This document shows positions 26,258 through 32,000 of a DNA stretch of 32,000 bases, one piece after another. This DNA is from Desulfocapsa sulfexigens DSM 10523 (GTDB taxonomy: Bacteria > Desulfobacterota > Desulfobulbia > Desulfobulbales > Desulfocapsaceae): positions 2,550,001-2,582,000 of the forward strand of contig NC_020304.1 in assembly GCF_000341395.1 (NCBI RefSeq), written 5' to 3'. The first letter of the stretch is position 1. Each line of letters opens with the position of its first letter. The notes under the pieces are model-generated. The model was not told the origin of the DNA, did no database searches, and was given only the letters and a program-made list of their open reading frames with translations. Position numbers and translations under genes: made by a program.

Positions 26258-28333
26258 ATGCCTGAATTACTTTTTGAGATTGGAACTGAAGAACTGCCGG
26301 CCGGGTTTCAAAAACCAGCCCTCGACCAGTTGAAAGAGAATTTTATTGCCAGGGCAAGGGAATTGAAAATTGCTCATGGTTCAGTGAGTACCTTAGGAAC
26401 TCCGCGTCGTCTTGCATTACTGGTCGAAGATCTGGTTGATTCACAGCCTGATTCACGAAATGAGCTTATGGGGCCTTCCAGGCAGGCGGGGTTTGATGGC
26501 GAAGGGAATGCTACCCGGGCTGCCATAGGTTTTGCCAGTTCCAGGGGGGCAGATGTCAGCGATCTCAAAGTCGTTGAAACAGATAAGGGCGAGTACCTGA
26601 TGCTCGTTCAGGAAATAAAAGGGGTGGCGACAACGGAGCTGCTTCCTGACCTTCTCAATGGTTTGATGATGGGGTTCTCTTTTCCCAAATCCATGCGCTG
26701 GGGAAGTCATAGCATTTCCTTTGCCAGACCTGTTCAATGGCTCGTTGCTCTTTATGATAGTGAGATTGTTCCTTTTTCCTATCAGGGCACGGCAGCATCA
26801 GATACGAGTCGAGGTCATCGTTTTATGGCTAATGAAGATGTGAAAGTAGATGATATTGCCAGCTATAAGAAGAATCTTCAGAATGTCTTTGTTGTGGTTG
26901 ATCAGGCTGAACGGCGAAGTTTGGTGCTGACCGAGATAGAGAAGGCGGTTTCCGAAACACTTGATGCAACGGTTGCAAGGGTTGCTGTTGATGAAGCACT
27001 GGTTGATACCGTCTGTAACCTCGTGGAAAAACCCTACGGTGTCTGTGGCAGTTTTGATGAAAAATTTCTGCAGTTACCGGATGAGGCACTTATTACATCC
27101 ATGCGGGAGCATCAGAAATATTTTCCCGTGGTTGATAATGAAAATAATCTTCTTCCCCACTTTGTGGCGGTAAACAATACTGATGTTAAGGATATTGCCT
27201 TGACCCGTGCCGGCCATGAACGCGTTTTACGGGCACGTCTGGAGGATGCATTCTTCTTTTTTTCAGGTGATAAGGAAAAGAAACTTGAAGAGCGCGTGGA
27301 TGCCCTTACCGGAATTATCTTTCAAGCAGAACTGGGAACCATGCTTGAAAAAACAGAGCGTATTGTGAAGCTTGCAGGTCTTCTTGCTGAGCAGTTTGCA
27401 CCTGACTCAGTCGATGATGCCTGTCGTGCTGCCCGCTTATGTAAGACCGATCTTCTCACTGACATGGTAGGTGAGTTTCCTTCCTTGCAGGGAAATATGG
27501 GCTGTGCCTACGCTCTGCAGGACGGCGAGTCACAGGCTGTGGCTCTCGCCATTCAGGAACACTACTTTCCCAAACGTGCAGGTGCGGAACTTCCGACCTC
27601 CTTGCTGGGTGCTGTGGTAGGGCTTGCCGACAGGATTGATACGATTAGCGGTTGTTTCGGGATAGGTCAGGTTCCTACGGGAACAGCTGATCCCTTTGGA
27701 TTACGTCGTATTGCTCTTGCTATCCTCCATCTTATAGAGCACTTTGAACTGTCTCTGTCTCTGCATGATGTGGTGCATAAAGCTCTCTCCCTTTATGGGG
27801 ATAAGGTTAACGGTGGTATGGAAACCGTGCGACAGGTTGTTGCTTTTATCCGTGGTCGATTTGTCAATGATCAACTCTCTCTCGGTGTCGATGCTGAGGC
27901 AGTTGAAGCTGTAACAACGGTTGCGTTTGATGATGTTAATGATAGTCTGTTGAAAATTCAGGCACTAAGCGCAATTCGTGCTAAAGAGGATTTTGCGGTT
28001 CTTGCCGCCTCATATAAGCGTATTTGCAATATCATTAAAGTTAATAGTGCAACGGATGTGCAGGAAGCTCTTCTTACTGAAAAAGCCGAGCAGAATCTGG
28101 CGTCGATTTTTGGAAAGCTTGCTGAAGAGGTTCAGCCCCTGCTTGCTGCCCGTGATTACAATGGAGCCCTCGCAGCAATGCTGATTCTCAAAACACCCGT
28201 TGATGAGTTCTTTAATGAAGTAATGGTGATGGCGGAAGATGATGGGGTTCGTGCCAATCGACTTAATTTGCTTACAGCAATATCAGCCCTTTTCTTGAGA
28301 GTGGGTGACATTTCGAAAATGCAGGCTAGCTGA
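26258..28333 (+). CDS. glyS: Glycine--tRNA ligase beta subunit
   Basis: MPELLFEIGTEELPA is the canonical GlyS start. 691 aa, with TPRRLA and HQKYFP blocks. Confidence 0.97.
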   Translation: MPELLFEIGTEELPAGFQKPALDQLKENFIARARELKIAHGSVSTLGTPRRLALLVEDLVDSQPDSRNELMGPSRQAGFDGEGNATRAAIGFASSRGADVSDLKVVETDKGEYLMLVQEIKGVATTELLPDLLNGLMMGFSFPKSMRWGSHSISFARPVQWLVALYDSEIVPFSYQGTAASDTSRGHRFMANEDVKVDDIASYKKNLQNVFVVVDQAERRSLVLTEIEKAVSETLDATVARVAVDEALVDTVCNLVEKPYGVCGSFDEKFLQLPDEALITSMREHQKYFPVVDNENNLLPHFVAVNNTDVKDIALTRAGHERVLRARLEDAFFFFSGDKEKKLEERVDALTGIIFQAELGTMLEKTERIVKLAGLLAEQFAPDSVDDACRAARLCKTDLLTDMVGEFPSLQGNMGCAYALQDGESQAVALAIQEHYFPKRAGAELPTSLLGAVVGLADRIDTISGCFGIGQVPTGTADPFGLRRIALAILHLIEHFELSLSLHDVVHKALSLYGDKVNGGMETVRQVVAFIRGRFVNDQLSLGVDAEAVEAVTTVAFDDVNDSLLKIQALSAIRAKEDFAVLAASYKRICNIIKVNSATDVQEALLTEKAEQNLASIFGKLAEEVQPLLAARDYNGALAAMLILKTPVDEFFNEVMVMAEDDGVRANRLNLLTAISALFLRVGDISKMQAS

Positions 28334-28373
28334 GAGAAGGGATTTGCTTGCTATAGGCGGTCTCGAATGAGAA

Positions 28374-28419
28374 TAAAAAAAGCCCACCCTCATATCTGTG
28401 AGGGCGGGCTTTTTTTTAT
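28374..28419. terminator. Bidirectional rho-independent terminator (glyS / cytochrome c3)
   Basis: aaaaaaa-AGCCCACCCTCA-tatctg-TGAGGGCGGGCT-ttttttttt. A 12-bp GC-rich stem with one mismatch (a G-U on the minus-strand RNA), flanked by an A-run and a T-run, sits between convergent genes. Confidence 0.85.
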
Positions 28420-28458
28420 TTCAAATCTGCTTAACAGCAGACGCATCCTGAGAAGTTA

Positions 28459-28860
28459 TTATTTTTTAGGATGACAAACGGTACATTTGGCAAGGGCTTT
28501 GTCCGTTTTCTTGTGACATTCTTTACAGTTTGCGTGTGCAGCATCTTTAAAAGTGCTGAGTTTGTCAGGCATGCCTGCAGCTTTGTTGTGGCAGGACTCG
28601 CATTTTTCAATCTTCTGACCTTCAACATAGGCAACTTGCTTGCCGTCAGCATCCTTGGAGTGGTGGCAGTCACCACAGGTAAGTTTTTCCTGATGCTTTG
28701 CATGGGGGAAAACTGCTGGTTTGGCTTTTTTTGCCTTGTCGATGGTAGATTCAAGAGTTATCTCAGCAGGACCGTTTGCATCATTGGCAAAACTTGCTCC
28801 TGTAAAACAGAGCCCTAAAACCAGGGCTGTTGCTGCAGCGATCAGTGTAACTTTCTTCAT
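28459..28860 (-). CDS. Periplasmic tetrahaem cytochrome c3
   Basis: Start set at the ATG (28858-28860) preceded by AGGAGG. Signal peptide MKKVTLIAAATALVLGLCFTGASFA. Four CXXCH motifs (CGDCH, CESCH, CKECH, CTVCH) with interspersed His, in 133 aa. Confidence 0.9.
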   Translation of the reverse strand: MKKVTLIAAATALVLGLCFTGASFANDANGPAEITLESTIDKAKKAKPAVFPHAKHQEKLTCGDCHHSKDADGKQVAYVEGQKIEKCESCHNKAAGMPDKLSTFKDAAHANCKECHKKTDKALAKCTVCHPKK

Positions 28861-28966
28861 TTTACATCCTCCTGTAAAAATAATGTGTTTCAGCATATGG
28901 CTGAATGGTCATTCACCTTGCAGATAGTTTCTACCTTTTTTTGTCGTTGTTGTCAAGAAATGGCCG

Positions 28967-29821
28967 TTAATTTGAACCATAACTGTGCAGGCCGGAGAGG
29001 AGAAAGTTTACTCCATAATAGGTAAAAATAACAGAAATGAAACCGAAGATTGCAAGCCAGGCTATCCGAGTTCCACCCCAGCCACGGGTGTAACGGGCAT
29101 GAAGAGTGATTGCATAGATAAACCAGGTGATAAGAGACCAGGTTTCCTTGGGGTCCCAGCTCCAGTATGTTCCCCAGGCCGAATTTGCCCATATGGCGCC
29201 GGTGATAATACCAACGGATAACCAGAGAAAACCGAACACCATGGTCTTATGGGTTATGTCGTCTATAACCTTCAGGGGAGGGAGAGTCCCGAGGAGGGAC
29301 TCATCATTTGTTGTCTGTCTCGTTTCACTCATGTTCTTGACCAGATACATGATTCCGAGTCCTGCAGCTACTGCGAAAGCAGCATAACCGATAAAACAGG
29401 TGATAACATGGGCAAGGAGCCAGTTTGACTGCAGAGCAGGGACCAGGGGGCTGATCTCCTTATTGATCCCGGTGGCAAATGAGGCGTAAGCCATGGCAAG
29501 AAAAGCGAAGGGTACTGCAAATGTTCCTATGACCCGGGTTTTAAATTTCCATTCAATAAGGAGGTAGAGTGCTATGATCGTCCAGGCGAAGAAGACCACC
29601 GATTCATACATGTTGGTAAGTGGGGCATGGCCATATCCAAGAGTGTAGGATTCCTGCCATCGGAGAAGAAGACCAGCAGTCTGTACGAGAAAGGCGACGA
29701 TGGTAAAGATGGTTGCAGCGGGGCCAAGTTTTTTTGCCTTGAATATAAAAATTATGGCATAAAGAATGGTGGAAAACATATAGGTGAATGTTGTAATGCC
29801 TAAAAGTTGTGAACTGTCCAT
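28967..29821 (-). CDS. ccsA: Cytochrome c biogenesis System II haem-handling protein CcsA/ResC
   Basis: WWD-type motif WGTYWSWDPKETW in a polytopic membrane protein. Start set at ATG 29821 with GGAG 9 nt upstream; the ORF-track TTG start at 29836 is possible. Confidence 0.9.
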   Translation of the reverse strand: MDSSQLLGITTFTYMFSTILYAIIFIFKAKKLGPAATIFTIVAFLVQTAGLLLRWQESYTLGYGHAPLTNMYESVVFFAWTIIALYLLIEWKFKTRVIGTFAVPFAFLAMAYASFATGINKEISPLVPALQSNWLLAHVITCFIGYAAFAVAAGLGIMYLVKNMSETRQTTNDESLLGTLPPLKVIDDITHKTMVFGFLWLSVGIITGAIWANSAWGTYWSWDPKETWSLITWFIYAITLHARYTRGWGGTRIAWLAIFGFISVIFTYYGVNFLLSGLHSYGSN

Positions 29822-29856
29822 ATCGTGAAACTCCAATGTCTACTTTTTTCTGTCGA

Positions 29857-31179
29857 TTACTTAGTGTCAGTTTCCAGGTCCGAGGAGAGACTGGTGAAAA
29901 TCCTTTCAAAACCGACTTTATTTTTATTTGCACTGCCGCTTACCAGGACTGTTGTTCCGTTGTCCTCTTGAGTGAGTAGTATCCATATACGTTTATGAGA
30001 CATAAAAAATGCCACAAAAAGTCCAAGGATCATTAGTCCACATCCAAGATACACAATCCATACTCCAGGATCTTTTGCTATCTGAAGTCCGGTTGCATAC
30101 ATCTGTTTTCCTGCGATGGTATATTTTTTTCCGGGACGCTCAACGGTTACCTGGTCTCCAGCTTTAAGCCAGAACGTTGAGGCTGGTCCCTGGTCGTCTT
30201 TAAACCACACCTTCATTCGTGTGATGGTCTGTCCCATTGCCTCGGCATTAATGATGCCAATACGGGCATTGTGTTTACTGAGTTCCTGCTGCTGTTGAAA
30301 GGGCATGGGCACGGTTTGAGTTTCGTTATTCTCCTGGTTGGTAACCGTCAGTAAAAAATCTTCATAGCCCTGATAGCTTGACTGGTAGAAAGTGATTCCC
30401 CTGTACGTTAAGGGATCATTGACAACGATCTCTTTTTTCACTGTTACTTTGTTGTCCTCAGATACCGTGAGCACAGATTTGTATGCTTTAGGCATACCGG
30501 AATCGTAAAATTCGATATCAAATCGGTCACAGCGCACCGTGAACCCGAGATCAATTGATTTTCCGGTACCAGTTTGAAAAATAGTATTGGTGGCCTGGGT
30601 TTCCGGTAACATTATCGATCCCTTGAATCCGTATAACTCACCAATTATGGCTCCAAGAAAAATAACAAGAATGGAAGCGTGAACGATATACACGCCGGTT
30701 CTGGTCATCGCACCCTTTTGAGCAAAAAGAAGGAGTGTGTCGTCACGTTTACGCTGGAACGCTTTCCAGCCTTTGGAAGAAAGGCTGTCGCTGAGCTCGG
30801 TGGCAAGGGTTTCTTCAGCTTTGTTAGATGTCCAGCTGGCAGATAAACGCATTTTCTGAATACGTTTTGGATCGGTTGCCAGGTTGTCGGCATTTATCTG
30901 CCGCCATACGCCTGGAAAACGGTCAATGGAGCAGATGATAAGGTTTGAGGCAAGAAGACCAAGTAATCCCAGGAACCACCATGAGTTGTACATATCAGGG
31001 ATGGAGAGAACTTGAAAAATTCTTGCAGTGGTTTCACTGTAATTCTGGGCGTACCAGCTCATACTTTCTTTCTGGGGTATTACTGTTCCGATGATGGAAG
31101 TGACCGCAAGAAGAAAGAGAGTGAAAAGAGCTAGTTTAACAGAAGAAAAAAAGCTGAATAGGGGATTCTTTTTTTTCAT
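29857..31179 (-). CDS. resB: Cytochrome c biogenesis System II protein ResB/CcsB (Ccs1)
   Basis: Start set at ATG 31179 (MKKKNPLFSFFSSVKLALFTLFLLAV...), a typical ResB N-terminus. Large periplasmic domain with a C-terminal transmembrane helix. Lies immediately upstream of ccsA. Confidence 0.88.
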   Translation of the reverse strand: MKKKNPLFSFFSSVKLALFTLFLLAVTSIIGTVIPQKESMSWYAQNYSETTARIFQVLSIPDMYNSWWFLGLLGLLASNLIICSIDRFPGVWRQINADNLATDPKRIQKMRLSASWTSNKAEETLATELSDSLSSKGWKAFQRKRDDTLLLFAQKGAMTRTGVYIVHASILVIFLGAIIGELYGFKGSIMLPETQATNTIFQTGTGKSIDLGFTVRCDRFDIEFYDSGMPKAYKSVLTVSEDNKVTVKKEIVVNDPLTYRGITFYQSSYQGYEDFLLTVTNQENNETQTVPMPFQQQQELSKHNARIGIINAEAMGQTITRMKVWFKDDQGPASTFWLKAGDQVTVERPGKKYTIAGKQMYATGLQIAKDPGVWIVYLGCGLMILGLFVAFFMSHKRIWILLTQEDNGTTVLVSGSANKNKVGFERIFTSLSSDLETDTK

Positions 31180-31404
31180 TTGATCCTTGATAATAATTAT
31201 TAAATGGTTTTCTTTATCAGAATATTTCTGAAAAAGCAAGGTATTTGTCAGGTCTCACAGTATTTCTTTTGCTGCCTGTTATGTACCACGTTGTAGATGG
31301 TGATCGCAAATCTATTCATGGCTGGTCAGAAATTAACAGGTGTGGGCAGGTATGCATTGATACAGGTCAAAATTTAGTAATAAAGAAAAAATAAGGAATA
31401 TGTA

Positions 31405-31433
31405 AAATTACTAAGCCTTATCACCCCTGTCAA
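31405..31433 (-). promoter_or_regulatory. Candidate sigma-70 promoter for resB-ccsA
   Basis: On the minus strand: TTGACA (31433-31428), a 17-nt spacer, then TAATTT (31410-31405). It would give a leader of roughly 220 nt, so it is tentative. Confidence 0.3.
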
Positions 31434-31634
31434 TAAAGGTTTTTTTGTAGTCTTATGGCTTTTCAGGGGCTGGTAGGACCAGGCAGGTGCTTCTGTGGAA
31501 AAACACTTGCCATTCTTGCGGAAAACAGGTATAAAAAGCAGTTTCTCGTTTGTCAAAGGAAAATGAAAGAAATTTTTTTATGATATCCGAAAGTTGTAAA
31601 CTCTTTCGGAATCAAACCATATAAGGAGATCGTC

Positions 31635-31829
31635 ATGGCTAAAGTCTGTCAGATTTGTGGCAAAGGGCCTGCCACTGGAAATAATGTTTCTCATGCACAC
31701 AATAAAACCCGACGTCGCTGGTTGCCGAACCTCAAAAGAGTTCGCATGTTGACTTCAGGTGGCAGTGCTGTCAGGGCTCGTGTTTGTACCCGCTGTATTC
31801 GTTCGGGGGCAGTTGTTAAGCCTGCCTGA
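31635..31829 (+). CDS. rpmB: 50S ribosomal protein L28
   Basis: [42 protein letters not shown] is the canonical L28 sequence. Confidence 0.96.
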   Translation: MAKVCQICGKGPATGNNVSHAHNKTRRRWLPNLKRVRMLTSGGSAVRARVCTRCIRSGAVVKPA

Positions 31830-31864
31830 GTAGAATTTTGGGTGGTGTATTTATGTAAGTTATT

Positions 31865-31900
31865 AAGGGTGATAAGGATTGATTCCTGGTCACCCTTTTT
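31865..31900 (+). terminator. Rho-independent terminator after rpmB
   Basis: aagggtga (31865-31872) pairs with tcaccctt (31890-31897). There is an inner AGGA/TCCT pairing, followed by tttttctgttt. Confidence 0.65.
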
Positions 31901-31920
31901 CTGTTTCAAAGGAGTTGGAT

Positions 31921-32000
31921 ATGAGTGAAGAGATAAAATTTCTCCCTCGTGAGGAGGCGCTGCAGCTGGTTGGGGCAATTCAGGAAGAAGAGGATATCCA
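31921..32000 (+). CDS. Unknown protein, N-terminal fragment (runs off the window end)
   Basis: ATG at 31921, 6 nt after AAGGAG. The open frame MSEEIKFLPREEALQLVGAIQEEEDI continues to the window edge. Too short to identify. Confidence 0.4.
   Translation, partial: MSEEIKFLPREEALQLVGAIQEEEDI

Noticed and set aside
31374-31556. 60-aa minus-strand ORF in the resB-rpmB intergenic region
   Set aside because: It is an A/T-rich intergenic stretch with no RBS, and the product is Lys/Phe-rich low complexity. It is more likely promoter or leader DNA.

Overview
This 32-kb window looks like chromosomal DNA from an anaerobic Desulfobacterota-type (deltaproteobacterial) organism. That assignment is an inference from a cytochrome c3, a napM-A-D-G-H gene order and System II (ResB/CcsA) cytochrome c biogenesis. 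I can support about 37 protein genes. By eye I saw no rRNA, tRNA, CRISPR array, transposase or integrase.

Left third (1-12.2 kb): a respiratory nitrogen-oxide island. It holds a haem-c (DUF3365/Tll0287-type) sensor kinase plus the start of a response regulator. Facing them is a candidate sigma-54 promoter. It precedes a four-gene operon: a membrane-anchored tetrahaem cytochrome, a Tat-exported NrfC/PsrB-type FeS protein, an NrfD/PsrC-type membrane subunit and a Hao-family octahaem cytochrome. Two A/T-rich secreted ORFans follow, then napM-napA-napD-napG-napH.

Middle (12.2-19.9 kb): accessory-looking genes. These are a small acidic orphan, a COG4260/YdjI-like SPFH protein with a triple zinc ribbon, an internally duplicated zinc-ribbon protein, a nucleoside deaminase, a radical SAM enzyme with a twitch/SPASM-like motif and a zinc-ribbon SAM methyltransferase. 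They are followed by tatB-tatC and a NapH-like polyferredoxin.

Right third: housekeeping genes (purA, rpoZ, dnaJ, moaC, a dksA-family gene, a galT-like gene, a CheY-like gene, folE2, glyS, rpmB), plus cytochrome c3 with resB/ccsA.

I count 21 CXXCH haem-c motifs across five proteins. The best candidate for an uncharacterised system is the Hao-type octahaem wired to its own cytochrome/FeS/NrfD module under a haem-sensor/sigma-54 circuit next to nap. The second candidate is the SPFH/zinc-ribbon gene pair. All family calls rest on motif recognition from the translations; no database search was possible.
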